From contig CANLAD010000001.1 of the NCBI GenBank assembly GCA_947488755.1, forward strand, positions 198,247 through 262,246: a stretch of DNA of 64,000 nucleotides. The letters run 5' to 3'. The notes beneath the pieces were generated by a model. It saw nothing but the letters and a program-made list of their open reading frames with translations, was not told where the DNA came from and did no database searches. The position numbers and the translations under genes were made by a program. Each line of letters begins with the position of its first letter. The first letter of the stretch is position 1. Below, piece by piece: positions 35,293 to 44,654 of this stretch. The DNA comes from an uncultured Erythrobacter sp. (GTDB lineage: Bacteria; Pseudomonadota; Alphaproteobacteria; Sphingomonadales; Sphingomonadaceae).

Positions 35293-36456
35293 ATGAGCAA
35301 TTTCGGCGGAATGCAGAACGAGATCTACAACGCCGGGCTGCAAGGCATTCTGCCCGATTACCCGGTCGATTTCGCCACGCTCGAGGCACGTGCGCACGAA
35401 GCGCTGGGGCCGATGATGACGAACTACGTCGCGGGCGGCTGCGGCGACGAGTACACGCAAGACTCCAATGCCAGCGCATTCCATCACTGGGGCATGGTTC
35501 CGCGCATGATGGTCGACTGTTCCGAGCGTGACCTGTCGATCGATCTGTTTGGTCTGAAACTCCCTTCTCCCCTGTTCATGGCTCCGATCGGCCTCAATGG
35601 CGAAGCGACGCAGGATCGGCACGGCGACATGGCGGCGGCGAAGGCTTCGGCGATTACGGGCGTGCCGTTCTGCGCCTCGACCTTGTCGAACGATCCGCTT
35701 GAGGACGTTCACGCGGCCTGCGGGGACACACCCGCCTTCTTCCAGCTCTACACCCCCCGCAATCGCGAGCTTGCCGAGAGCCTCATCAAGCGGGCCGAGA
35801 CGGCGGGCTACAAGGCGATCGTCGTCACGCTCGACACATGGCTGACCGGCTGGCGACCACGCGATCTCAACGCTTCGAACTTTCCGCAGCTGCGCGGCAA
35901 GGTGATGCAAAACTACTTCTCCGATCCGGTGTTTCGCAGCCTGCTCGACAAGCCGCCCGAAGAGGATCCCAAGGCCGCGATCTTCCTGTTCGCAGCGATT
36001 TTTGGCCAGGTGCTGACCTGGGAGGATATGGAGTGGTTCAAGTCCGTCACTGATCTCCCCATCGTGCTCAAAGGCATCTGTCATCCCGACGATGCGCGCC
36101 GCGCCGTCGATAGCGGCGCGGATGCGGTCTACTGCTCCAATCACGGCGGGCGGCAGGCCAATGGCGGGATCGCGACCATCGACCTGCTAGAGGACGTAGT
36201 GAAAGCAAGCGGCGACATCCCGGTCCTGTTCGACAGCGGCATTCGCTCCGGCACCGATGCGGTCAAGGCGCTGGCGATGGGCGCGACCGCGGTCGGCGTT
36301 GGGCGTCCCTACACCTACGGTCTTGCGATTGGCGGGGCGGAGGGCGCGGCATGGGTGCTGCGCTCGATCCTCGCCGAAGCGGACCTGCTGATGGCGGTGA
36401 ACGGCTACCCGACGCTCGATGCGGTGCGCGAGGCGGGGGGCCAGCGGACCGCGTGA
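35293..36456 (+). CDS. FMN-dependent alpha-hydroxy acid oxidase/dehydrogenase (lactate 2-monooxygenase-like)
   Basis: 387 aa; contains PMMVDCSERDLSIDLFG, VVTLDTW, YCSNHGGRQ and FDSGIRSGTD. Confidence 0.85.
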   Translation: MSNFGGMQNEIYNAGLQGILPDYPVDFATLEARAHEALGPMMTNYVAGGCGDEYTQDSNASAFHHWGMVPRMMVDCSERDLSIDLFGLKLPSPLFMAPIGLNGEATQDRHGDMAAAKASAITGVPFCASTLSNDPLEDVHAACGDTPAFFQLYTPRNRELAESLIKRAETAGYKAIVVTLDTWLTGWRPRDLNASNFPQLRGKVMQNYFSDPVFRSLLDKPPEEDPKAAIFLFAAIFGQVLTWEDMEWFKSVTDLPIVLKGICHPDDARRAVDSGADAVYCSNHGGRQANGGIATIDLLEDVVKASGDIPVLFDSGIRSGTDAVKALAMGATAVGVGRPYTYGLAIGGAEGAAWVLRSILAEADLLMAVNGYPTLDAVREAGGQRTA

Positions 36457-36501
36457 CGCGAATGCCACGCCGCGCAAGTTTTTCAGCTCCTTTGTAGTAT
36501 C

Positions 36502-36546
36502 GCGGATTGACTGGGCCGATTAGGTCACAGCCAATCCGCATTTTTG
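36502..36546 (+). terminator. probable rho-independent terminator after the hydroxy-acid oxidase gene
   Basis: GCGGATTG...CAATCCGC is an 8-bp stem, with inner CTG/CAG pairs and a large loop, followed by ATTTTTG. Confidence 0.45.
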
Positions 36547-36798
36547 CGCAATTTGTTAACGTTTACGATGTTATCCACAGCCTCACAGTCAGAAGCACGT
36601 TCAAACACACGGGGCGACAGGTGGAAAAACCGACAATCATCTCTTCGCATCCGGACACTTTCGGCCGGACAAAGTGCCATCAGGACGAGCACTCCCGCCA
36701 ATTGCGATACGGACGGATCCTTCCGCTCCAGCGTGCCTCGCTGCTCGATCGCCTGACGGGTCGCGTCACCGCCGGTTGAGTGCCATCGGATCGATGGA

Positions 36799-38250
36799 TC
36801 ACGGCGCAGCCTTCGCGACCGTGACCAGCTTCGTCTCGGTGTAGCCGAGATAACCCTCTTCGCCACTTTCCGAACCGAACCCGCTATCGCCGATCCCGCC
36901 AAACGGCGTTTCGGGCGATCCGACCGCGAAGTGGTTGATTGCAACCATCCCCGCCCGCAGCGCGCTGCCGAGATAATGGCTCTCGTCCAGCGAACTGGTG
37001 AAGGCATAGGCGGCGAGGCCATAGCGCAGCGAATTGGCGATCCCGACCGCATCCGCGATGTCGTCATACGGCACGATCCCGGCGACTGGCCCGAACGGCT
37101 CCTCGGTCATCAGACGGCTGTCGCGCGATGGCCCGGCGATGACCGTCGGCTGGAAGAAGTGCCCGGCGCCCTCGATCACCGATCCTCCCGTCACGACTTC
37201 TCCATCGTTGCCACCCATCGCGCCGACCAGATCTTTCATCGCATCGACCCGGCCTGCATGGGCAAGGGGGCCCATCGCCACTTCGTCATCGCGGCTGGCA
37301 TCGCCGACCTTTAACTGGCTGGCGCGCTCGGCAAACTCGCTGACGAACCTGTCATAAATGCCACGCGCGACGAGGAAGCGCGTGGGCGAGACGCAGACTT
37401 GCCCGGCATTGCGGAATTTGGTCGCGGCGCAGGCGGCGACGGTGCGCTCGAAATCCGCGCTTTCGCCGATTACCACCGGCGCATGACCGCCCAGCTCGGC
37501 GGTGAAGCGCTTCATGTCTTTCGCCGCCAGCGCGCCGAGATGCTTGCCCACCGCAGTCGATCCGGTGAAGCTGATCTTGCGCGAGAGGGGCGAGGCGATG
37601 AGATGTTCGGAAATCATCGCCGGATCGCCGTAGACAAGGTTGATCGCGCCCGCTGGCACGCCCGCTTCGACGAAGCATTCGACCAACAATTGCGCGGAAG
37701 CAGGCGTGGTTTCGGCAGGCTTGATGATGCACGAACACCCCGCCGCCAGCGCGCCCGCCAACTTCTTTGCGGGCAAGTTGATTGGGAAGTTCCACGGTGT
37801 AAACAGCATGGCCGGGCCGATCGGCTCGTGCGTCACGCGCTGTTGCAGCAGGTGAGCCCCGCGCACCGGGACCAGCCGCCCGCCCTGGCGCTTCGCCTCT
37901 TCGCCCAGAAAGTCGATCAGGTCCGCCGCACTGGTCGTTTCGCCCAGCGCCTGAGCTTTCGGCTTGCCCACTTCCAGCGTAACCACCCGCGCGATTTTCG
38001 GCGCGCGCTCGCGCAGCAATTCGGCTGCGCGGCGGATGATGCGATGGCGCTCGGCACCGGGGACCGCCGACCACTTCGGGAACGCTTCGTCGGCGGCGGC
38101 AAGGGCTGCGTCGAGTTGCTCCTTCGACGCCTTCGGACATTGGCCCAACACCTCTTCATTGGCGGGATTGGCGACCGGCATCGTCCCATCGCCGCCATCG
38201 CTCACCCATTCGCCGCCGATAAGCATCTTGATTGTGGGATAGTCGGTCAT
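36799..38250 (-). CDS. NAD(P)-dependent aldehyde dehydrogenase (succinate-semialdehyde dehydrogenase-like)
   Basis: 483 aa from MTDYPTIKMLIGGEWV, with SD AAGGA. Contains ELGGHAP and the catalytic Cys in FRNAGQVCVSPTR. Confidence 0.88.
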   Translation of the reverse strand: MTDYPTIKMLIGGEWVSDGGDGTMPVANPANEEVLGQCPKASKEQLDAALAAADEAFPKWSAVPGAERHRIIRRAAELLRERAPKIARVVTLEVGKPKAQALGETTSAADLIDFLGEEAKRQGGRLVPVRGAHLLQQRVTHEPIGPAMLFTPWNFPINLPAKKLAGALAAGCSCIIKPAETTPASAQLLVECFVEAGVPAGAINLVYGDPAMISEHLIASPLSRKISFTGSTAVGKHLGALAAKDMKRFTAELGGHAPVVIGESADFERTVAACAATKFRNAGQVCVSPTRFLVARGIYDRFVSEFAERASQLKVGDASRDDEVAMGPLAHAGRVDAMKDLVGAMGGNDGEVVTGGSVIEGAGHFFQPTVIAGPSRDSRLMTEEPFGPVAGIVPYDDIADAVGIANSLRYGLAAYAFTSSLDESHYLGSALRAGMVAINHFAVGSPETPFGGIGDSGFGSESGEEGYLGYTETKLVTVAKAAP

Positions 38251-38551
38251 GGGATGATCCTTCGTGCTCTTGTTGGAATTACTTGACACATCTGACACTG
38301 CGTCAGGTCGTAGTTCTGGCTTCAAAATACTGATTTACATAGGAAATTAGTCGAAAAACTCTACCTGACACTTATCCTACACGCTTTCGCAAAATCGGCG
38401 TTCAAAACCCGTTCGTGATGGCACGGAGCGGGCCGGTAGGAAATGGCGGCATGGCTTTTCCCATGCAGATCATTGCAATCGGCATCGTTACATTTGAAAC
38501 TGTGTTGCGCATGGCGTAGCGGGTCCGGGCCTTTAGCCCAAGGAGTGATTC

Positions 38552-39634
38552 ATGCTGGTCGGCGTTCCCAAGGAAATCAAGCCATCCGAATTTCGCGTCG
38601 GCCTCACACCGGAGGCGGCGCGCGAGTATATTGCCGCCGGACACCAGATCGTTGTCGAGAGCGGTGCGGGTGCCGGGATCGACAAATCGGACGAGGACTA
38701 TGCTGCGATCGGAGCCGAAATCGTCGATAGCGCGCAGGAAGTGTTCGCCCGCGCCGGGATGGTGGTGAAGGTCAAGGAACCGCAGCCTTCCGAATGGGTG
38801 CAATTGCGCGAGGGGCAGATCCTGTTCACCTACCTCCACCTCGCTCCCGATCCCGATCAGGCGCGCGGACTAATGGAATCGGGCGTGTCTGCGGTCGCGT
38901 ATGAGACGGTGACAGGGCCGGACGGTGGACTGCCGCTGCTCGCGCCGATGAGCGAGGTCGCCGGGCGGCTCTCGATCGAAGCGGGCGCGCAGGCGCTGCG
39001 CGCGAGCAATGGTGGGCGCGGCACGCTGATGGGCGGAGTGCCCGGCGTGCTTCCGGCGCGCGTGGTGGTGCTGGGTGGCGGAAATGTCGGCACGCAGGCC
39101 GCGCGCATGGCCGTGGGGCTGGGCGCGAATGTCGAGATTTTCGACAAATCGCTTCCGCGCCTTCGCCAGCTCGACGAGATGTTTCAGGGGCGGGTCAGCA
39201 CCCGCTATTCCACCGCGGGCACGATCGAACAGGCGATTTCCGAAGCGGACGTGGTGATTGGCGCCGTGCTGATACCGGGCGCGAGCGCGCCGCATCTGAT
39301 CCCGCGCGAAGACCTGAAACTGATGAAGAACCGCGCGGTTCTGGTGGATGTCGCGATCGATCAGGGCGGGTGTTTTGAAACATCCAAGCCGACGACCCAC
39401 CAGAACCCGACCTATGAAGTCGACAACATCATCCACTATTGCGTTGCCAACATGCCCGGTGCGGTGCCGCTGACCTCCAGCTATGCTCTCAACAACGCAA
39501 CCCTGCCGTTCGGACTGGAGCTGGCGGCGCAGGGGGTGAAGGCGTGCGAGGCCGATCCATACCTCGCGCCGGGGCTGAATGTGCACGAGGGCAAACTTGT
39601 AAATTCTGCAGTGAAAGAGAGCCTCGGCTTCTGA
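38552..39634 (+). CDS. ald: alanine dehydrogenase
   Basis: 360 aa; contains MLVGVPKEIKPSEFRVGLTP, the NAD fold VVVLGGGNVGTQAA, and VDVAIDQGGCFETS. Confidence 0.92.
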   Translation: MLVGVPKEIKPSEFRVGLTPEAAREYIAAGHQIVVESGAGAGIDKSDEDYAAIGAEIVDSAQEVFARAGMVVKVKEPQPSEWVQLREGQILFTYLHLAPDPDQARGLMESGVSAVAYETVTGPDGGLPLLAPMSEVAGRLSIEAGAQALRASNGGRGTLMGGVPGVLPARVVVLGGGNVGTQAARMAVGLGANVEIFDKSLPRLRQLDEMFQGRVSTRYSTAGTIEQAISEADVVIGAVLIPGASAPHLIPREDLKLMKNRAVLVDVAIDQGGCFETSKPTTHQNPTYEVDNIIHYCVANMPGAVPLTSSYALNNATLPFGLELAAQGVKACEADPYLAPGLNVHEGKLVNSAVKESLGF

Positions 39635-39781
39635 TTGTTGCATGAAACCGCACAAATGGTGCACCGGTTTCGACGGAAATTCCTTTGCCTAGCTGCTATG
39701 TAAATCGGGCCGAGAGGAACCCGGTCAGGGCGTTCGACATGGGGTCGAGTAGAAGGGACCGGCCACACTTCGAGTGTCATC

Positions 39782-40492
39782 ATGCAACATTTCGACTCAC
39801 GTCCGCTGGTTCGCCAGGTCAATCATGATGCGGACATCGCTGTTCATGTTCCGCCCCAGTCGAAAAGCGACCGCATCGCCTTCGCGTTCGTAAAGCTGCT
39901 GCGCTTTTTCGCCGACCGGTTCTTTGCCCGGCGCTATGGCCACCGCGCGGTTATCCTTGAAACCGTCGCCGCCGTACCGGGCATGGTCGGCGGGCTGTGG
40001 CAGCACCTTCGCGCGCTGCGGTTGATGCGCGATGACGAGGGGTGGATCCGCACGCTTCTGGACGAAGCGGAGAACGAGCGGATGCACCTGATGACGTTCA
40101 TCGAGGTCGCGCAGCCCAACTGGTTCGAGCGCGCGCTGATCGTCGCGGTGCAGATGGTGTTCTACAATTTCTACTTCTTCCTCTACCTCGTCGCCCCGCG
40201 CACGGCGCACCGTGTGGTCGGCTATTTCGAAGAGGAAGCGGTGATCAGCTACACCGCCTATCTCGCCGAGATCGACAGCGGTCACCAGAAGAACATTCCG
40301 GCCCCGCAGATCGCGATCGATTACTGGCAGCTCGCGCCGGATGCCACCCTGCGCGATGTCGTGATCGCGGTGCGCGCCGATGAGGCGGAGCATCGCGATG
40401 TGAACCACGGATTCGTCGACATCCTCGATGCCAAGCGCGGGAAGCGGCCGGCGGAGACGATCGGCGAGGAGGAGCTGGTGCAGACCAGCTAA
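39782..40492 (+). CDS. aox: alternative oxidase (cyanide-insensitive di-iron ubiquinol oxidase)
   Basis: 236 aa. All four di-iron carboxylate motifs are present: [31 protein letters not shown] and [12 protein letters not shown]. Confidence 0.9.
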   Translation: MQHFDSRPLVRQVNHDADIAVHVPPQSKSDRIAFAFVKLLRFFADRFFARRYGHRAVILETVAAVPGMVGGLWQHLRALRLMRDDEGWIRTLLDEAENERMHLMTFIEVAQPNWFERALIVAVQMVFYNFYFFLYLVAPRTAHRVVGYFEEEAVISYTAYLAEIDSGHQKNIPAPQIAIDYWQLAPDATLRDVVIAVRADEAEHRDVNHGFVDILDAKRGKRPAETIGEEELVQTS

Positions 40493-40499
40493 CGCGCCG

Positions 40500-41030
40500 T
40501 CAGACTGTCTCGGCAGGCCATTTCTGCACGGAGGCCGGGGGCGGGGAAGGCTTGAACTCCGCCTCGTCCAAGGCTCCGATCGCGCGTTCGCGGTCGGCGG
40601 GGGTGAATTCGCCCGTTGTCAGGCAGAATTCCACCGCATTGCCACTGGGATCGGTGGTGTAGATCGAATGGCACCAATTGTGGTCGATCTCGTACACCTC
40701 TAGCCCCGCGGCCTGCCATTTGCCGCGCCACTGTTCCAGCTGCGCGGGAGTCTCCACCGAGAAGGCGTAGTGATTTGTCATCGGCGGTAGCTTGGCCGCG
40801 CGGTTAAGATCAAAGATGTAATCGTCGGCGTCCGGGCCGTCATGCAGCTCCCAAAACGCGATGAACGTGCTGTCATCGCCATCCATGCGGTAGAAGAAAT
40901 GCTTGCCCCACCCGCCGGTGAGGAGCGGCGCGACTTCGACCTTGACCAGCTCGAACCCCATCACGCCTTCGTAGAATTCGTGCGTGGCGCGCATGTCCTT
41001 CGCCGCGAGTGCGAGGTGTTGGTAGGGCAT
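40500..41030 (-). CDS. VOC (glyoxalase/bleomycin resistance/dioxygenase) family protein
   Basis: 176 aa from MPYQHLALAAKDMRATHEFYEGVMGFELV, with SD GAGAGGAG. Contains the paired beta-alpha-beta-beta-beta module pattern (HYAFSV...HSIYTTDPSGNAVEF). Confidence 0.75.
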   Translation of the reverse strand: MPYQHLALAAKDMRATHEFYEGVMGFELVKVEVAPLLTGGWGKHFFYRMDGDDSTFIAFWELHDGPDADDYIFDLNRAAKLPPMTNHYAFSVETPAQLEQWRGKWQAAGLEVYEIDHNWCHSIYTTDPSGNAVEFCLTTGEFTPADRERAIGALDEAEFKPSPPPASVQKWPAETV

Positions 41031-41065
41031 TGGCAGGTCTCCTCTCGGCGCCAGCATAGCAGCTT

Positions 41066-42079
41066 TCAGGGGTGGGCGACCACCTCCTGCTCGATCGAAC
41101 CGAAAATCGAGTGGCCATCTTCATCGCGCATCTCGACCCTCACCGTGTCGCCCGGCTCCATGAAGCGGGTGCTGGGTTCGCCGTCGCGGATCGTTTCGAT
41201 CATGCGGATTTCCGCAATGCAGGAATAACCGCGCCCGCCCTCGCTCACCGGCTTGCCCGGATCGCCTTCCGGCCCCTGGTTCGACACCGTGCCCGACCCG
41301 ATGATCGAGCCTGCGCACAGCGAGCGGGTCTTCGCCGCATGCGCCACCAATTGCGCCAGGTTGAAGGTCGCATCTTCGCCCGCCTGCGCGCGGCCGAACG
41401 GTTCACCGTTGTAATCGACCATCAGCGGCAGGTGGACGAGGCTGTTCTTCCACGCGCTCCCCAGTTCGTCGGGCGTGACCGAGACCGGCGAGAAGGCGCT
41501 GGCGGGCTTGGACTGGAAGAAGCCGAAACCCTTGGCCAGTTCGCCCGGAATCAGGCCGCGCAGGCTCACATCGTTCACCAGCATGACCAGCTTGATGTGG
41601 TTCGCCGCATCCGCGACGCTGACGCCCATCGGCACGTCGTCGACCACCACCGCGATCTCACCCTCCATGTCGCAACCCCATGCGACATCGGCCAGCGGGA
41701 TGTCCGCGCGCGGCGGGAGGAAGCCGTCGCTGCCGCCCTGATACATCAGCGGATCGGTGTAAAAGCTTTCCGGAATCTCGGCCCCGCGCGCCTTTCGCAC
41801 CAGTTCGACGTGATTGATGTAGGCGCTGCCGTCGGCCCATTGGTAGGCGCGGGGCAACGGCGAATGCGCCTCACGCTCGTGGAAGCGTTCGCATGGCACC
41901 GCCTCATGCTCGACATCGCGCGCCAGAACTTCGAGCTTGGGGCCGCATTCGCTCCAATTGTCGAGCGCGGCCTGCATGGTGGGCGCGATGTTGTCGGCGG
42001 CGCAGTAGCGGGTGAGGTCTTTCGACACGACGACGAGCTTGCCGTCGCGCGTGCCATCATTGAGGCTTGCGAGTTTCAT
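41066..42079 (-). CDS. fumarylacetoacetate hydrolase (FAH) family protein
   Basis: 337 aa; contains GDVAWGCDMEGEIAVV, LVMLVNDVSLRGL and GSIIGSGTVSN. It is adjacent to maiA. Confidence 0.85.
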   Translation of the reverse strand: MKLASLNDGTRDGKLVVVSKDLTRYCAADNIAPTMQAALDNWSECGPKLEVLARDVEHEAVPCERFHEREAHSPLPRAYQWADGSAYINHVELVRKARGAEIPESFYTDPLMYQGGSDGFLPPRADIPLADVAWGCDMEGEIAVVVDDVPMGVSVADAANHIKLVMLVNDVSLRGLIPGELAKGFGFFQSKPASAFSPVSVTPDELGSAWKNSLVHLPLMVDYNGEPFGRAQAGEDATFNLAQLVAHAAKTRSLCAGSIIGSGTVSNQGPEGDPGKPVSEGGRGYSCIAEIRMIETIRDGEPSTRFMEPGDTVRVEMRDEDGHSIFGSIEQEVVAHP

Positions 42080-42086
42080 GTGGCTC

Positions 42087-42728
42087 CTAGTTGTTCTGCG
42101 GATTGTCGGGTTGGTTGTCGGGATGCGCGCGCTGGAACGCTGGCAGAGCGAGACACGCCGCCTCGATCCGGGTGATGCGCGGGTGGAGCGTCAGATCGTA
42201 ATGGAACCGGCGCGCATTGTAGATCTGCGGGATCAGCACGCATTCGAAGATGCCCGGCGCATCGAACAGGAAGCTGCCCGTATCGAGCTGCTTCAGGCGC
42301 TTTTCCACCGGGTCCAGCGTGCGTTTGAGCCAATGGCGGTACCAGTGATCGATCACGCTTTGCGGGTGGCCGAGCGGTTCCTTCAGATATTTGAGCACCG
42401 GCAGATTGAGCGGCGCGTGCAGTTCGGTCGCGATGGCATAGGCGAGTTCACGCGCGGTGTAGCGATCCTCTATCTCGCGCGGCAGCAGCGGCTTTTCGGG
42501 ATAGGCCTCATCGAGCCATTCGAGCAACGCCATCGACTGCGCCCGGTCGCGCCCATCGGCGTCGAGCATCGGGACTGAACCGAAGGGGTTGCGGCTGGTG
42601 AAATCACGGTCTTTTTGTCCGCCTTCAAGCAGGTTGACCGGCTCGTTTTCGTATTCGAGGCTCTTCAGCTCCAGCGCGATGCGCAGGCGGTAGCTGGTCG
42701 AACTGCGGTAATAACCGTGGAGGATCAT
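42087..42728 (-). CDS. maiA: maleylacetoacetate/maleylpyruvate isomerase (GST zeta class)
   Basis: 213 aa; ILHGYYRSSTSYRLRIALELK is the zeta-class signature (SSxxxRxRIAL). NPFGSVPML is also present. Confidence 0.88.
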   Translation of the reverse strand: MILHGYYRSSTSYRLRIALELKSLEYENEPVNLLEGGQKDRDFTSRNPFGSVPMLDADGRDRAQSMALLEWLDEAYPEKPLLPREIEDRYTARELAYAIATELHAPLNLPVLKYLKEPLGHPQSVIDHWYRHWLKRTLDPVEKRLKQLDTGSFLFDAPGIFECVLIPQIYNARRFHYDLTLHPRITRIEAACLALPAFQRAHPDNQPDNPQNN

Positions 42729-42864
42729 TTTTTTTTGCGCACCCCATCCGGGGCGCGACTTCCTCGCTCATGCGACCTGAAGGTCGCGTCGCTGCGGGCG
42801 GGCGGTCGCCCTTGCGGACCTGCCGGCCCGTCGATCCCCTCAAAGCCTGCTGCAACAAGTCGCT

Positions 42865-44082
42865 TCATGCAAATGCCGGAATACCGGTGATCGCGCGGCC
42901 CAGGATGAGCGCATGCACGTCATGCGTACCTTCATATGTGTTCACTGTTTCCAGGTTCACCGCGTGGCGAATGACCTGATATTCCTCGCTGATGCCATTG
43001 CCGCCATGCATGTCACGGGCGGTGCGGGCGATATCGAGCGCCTTGCCGACATTGTTGCGCTTCACGATCGAGATCATGTCCGGGCTGAACCGCCCTTCAT
43101 CCATCAACCGCCCAACGCGCAGGCTCGCCTGAAGACCGAGCGCGATATCGCTCATCATGTCGGCGAGCTTTTTCTGGAAAAGCTGTGTTGCGGCGAGCGG
43201 GCGGTCGAACTGTTTGCGATCGAGGCCGTATTGGCGCGCGGCGTGAAGGCAGAATTCCGCCGCACCCATCGCGCCCCACGAAATGCCGTAGCGCGCGCGG
43301 TTGAGGCAGCCGAATGGACCTTTCAGGCCCTGCACGTTCGGCAACAGCGCGTCGGCGGGCACCTTTACCTCGTCCATGACGATCCCGCCGGTGGTCGAAG
43401 CGCGAAGCGACAGCTTGCCTTCGATCTTCGGCGCGGAGAGACCTTTCATGCCCTTTTCAAGGACGAAACCGCGGATCGCGCCATCATGCGCTTCGGACTT
43501 GGCCCAGACGACGAACACGTCGGCAAACGGCGAATTGGAGATCCAGGTCTTCGCACCGGAAATCGAGAAGCCGTCGCCGTCCTTTTTCGCGGTTGTTTTC
43601 ATGCCTGCCGGGTCGGACCCCGCATCGGGTTCGGTCAGGCCGAAGCAGCCGATCAGCTCGCCACTTGCAAGCCCCGGGAGGTATTTCGCGCGCTGTTCGT
43701 CCGATCCGTAGGCGTGGATCGGATACATGACGAGGCTGGACTGGACGCTCGCCATCGAGCGATATCCGCTGTCCACCCGCTCGATCTCGCGCGCGATCAG
43801 GCCATAGGCGACATAGCCCGCATCGGCGCCGCCATATTCTTCGGAGATGGTCGCGCCGAGCAGTCCGGCCTTGCCCATCAGCGGGAACAGTTCAGGCGCG
43901 CTGACCTCGTTGCGGAACGCCTCGATCACGCGCGGTTGAAGTTCGCTTTGCGCAAAGCCGTGCGCCGCGTCGCGGATCATCCGTTCGTCTTCGGTCAGCT
44001 GCGTTTCGAGGTCGAACGGGTCTTCCCAATTGAACGGGACAATTCCCGAATTGGCGGCTTTGGGGGAAGTGGGGGCGTGCAC
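42865..44082 (-). CDS. gcdH: glutaryl-CoA dehydrogenase (acyl-CoA dehydrogenase family)
   Basis: 405 aa from GTG 44082, with SD AGGAG 8 nt upstream; the ORF track starts at TTG 44139. Contains [22 protein letters not shown] and the ACAD motifs [10 protein letters not shown] and YEGTHDVH. Confidence 0.88.
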   Translation of the reverse strand: MHAPTSPKAANSGIVPFNWEDPFDLETQLTEDERMIRDAAHGFAQSELQPRVIEAFRNEVSAPELFPLMGKAGLLGATISEEYGGADAGYVAYGLIAREIERVDSGYRSMASVQSSLVMYPIHAYGSDEQRAKYLPGLASGELIGCFGLTEPDAGSDPAGMKTTAKKDGDGFSISGAKTWISNSPFADVFVVWAKSEAHDGAIRGFVLEKGMKGLSAPKIEGKLSLRASTTGGIVMDEVKVPADALLPNVQGLKGPFGCLNRARYGISWGAMGAAEFCLHAARQYGLDRKQFDRPLAATQLFQKKLADMMSDIALGLQASLRVGRLMDEGRFSPDMISIVKRNNVGKALDIARTARDMHGGNGISEEYQVIRHAVNLETVNTYEGTHDVHALILGRAITGIPAFA

Positions 44083-44197
44083 TGGTCGGCTCCTGCGATT
44101 GCGTGCATCGGCTTTCGCAGAGGCAGGCGAGTCCCGCAAGGGCGCGCGCGGTGGCTCTTTCGCGCGGGGACCGGCGGGGCTTTCCGCTCCCGCGCGT

Positions 44198-44554
44198 TCA
44201 GTCGGGTTGCAGCACCGTGCTCACCGCCTGCAACATGGCGGTGGGCGGACAAGGCTTGGAAAGTGTGACTGCGGAGGGAAATTGCGCTTTCACCTCGTCG
44301 GCCGAATGCCGACCGGAATGAAAGATGATCGGCACTTTCTCATCGGCGAGCTTCTGCGCGAGGGGGAAGACGACGCCGTCGTTGAGGGTTATGTCGAGGA
44401 TCGCGAGATCGGGCTTTTCTTTCTGGAAAGCGAGCATGGCGGAGGAAATGCCGGAATGCGGGCCCTCGACTTCAAAGCCCGCTTCCTCGACCGTGTCGCA
44501 CAGGTCAAAGGCGGTAATGAGCTCGTCCTCGGCTACCAGAATGCGGTGGGCCAT
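44198..44554 (-). CDS. single-domain response regulator (receiver only)
   Basis: 118 aa from [18 protein letters not shown]. Acidic pocket ED, phospho-acceptor Asp in LAILDITL, and conserved Lys in LSKP. No output domain, and no kinase in the window. Confidence 0.85.
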   Translation of the reverse strand: MAHRILVAEDELITAFDLCDTVEEAGFEVEGPHSGISSAMLAFQKEKPDLAILDITLNDGVVFPLAQKLADEKVPIIFHSGRHSADEVKAQFPSAVTLSKPCPPTAMLQAVSTVLQPD

Positions 44555-44654
44555 GATGCGTCCTTCCCTACGGCGCCGCACGATGCGCGCGCTCGCCATA
44601 TTCCGCTCCTCAGTGGAAGCGTAACATAGCTTTCACACTAAAGCATCCGCGAAC

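Noticed and set aside
36507-36779. 90-aa ORF in the AT-rich convergent spacer.
   Set aside because: Its composition and codon usage are unlike the surrounding genes. It has no SD and no recognisable motif. It is more likely non-coding.
38419-38433. TGGCACGGAGCGGGC upstream of ald as a sigma54 promoter.
   Set aside because: The GG-N10-GC spacing is right, but the -12 box is GGGC instead of TTGC. No enhancer-binding protein gene is nearby. It is mentioned only within the intergenic-motif finding.
42722-42750. Hairpin GCGCCCC-ggat-GGGGTGC next to a T8/A8 tract as a terminator.
   Set aside because: On the transcribed (minus) strand the run following the hairpin is A8, not U, and it abuts the maiA ATG. 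On the plus strand the T-run precedes the stem. Neither orientation gives a canonical intrinsic terminator.
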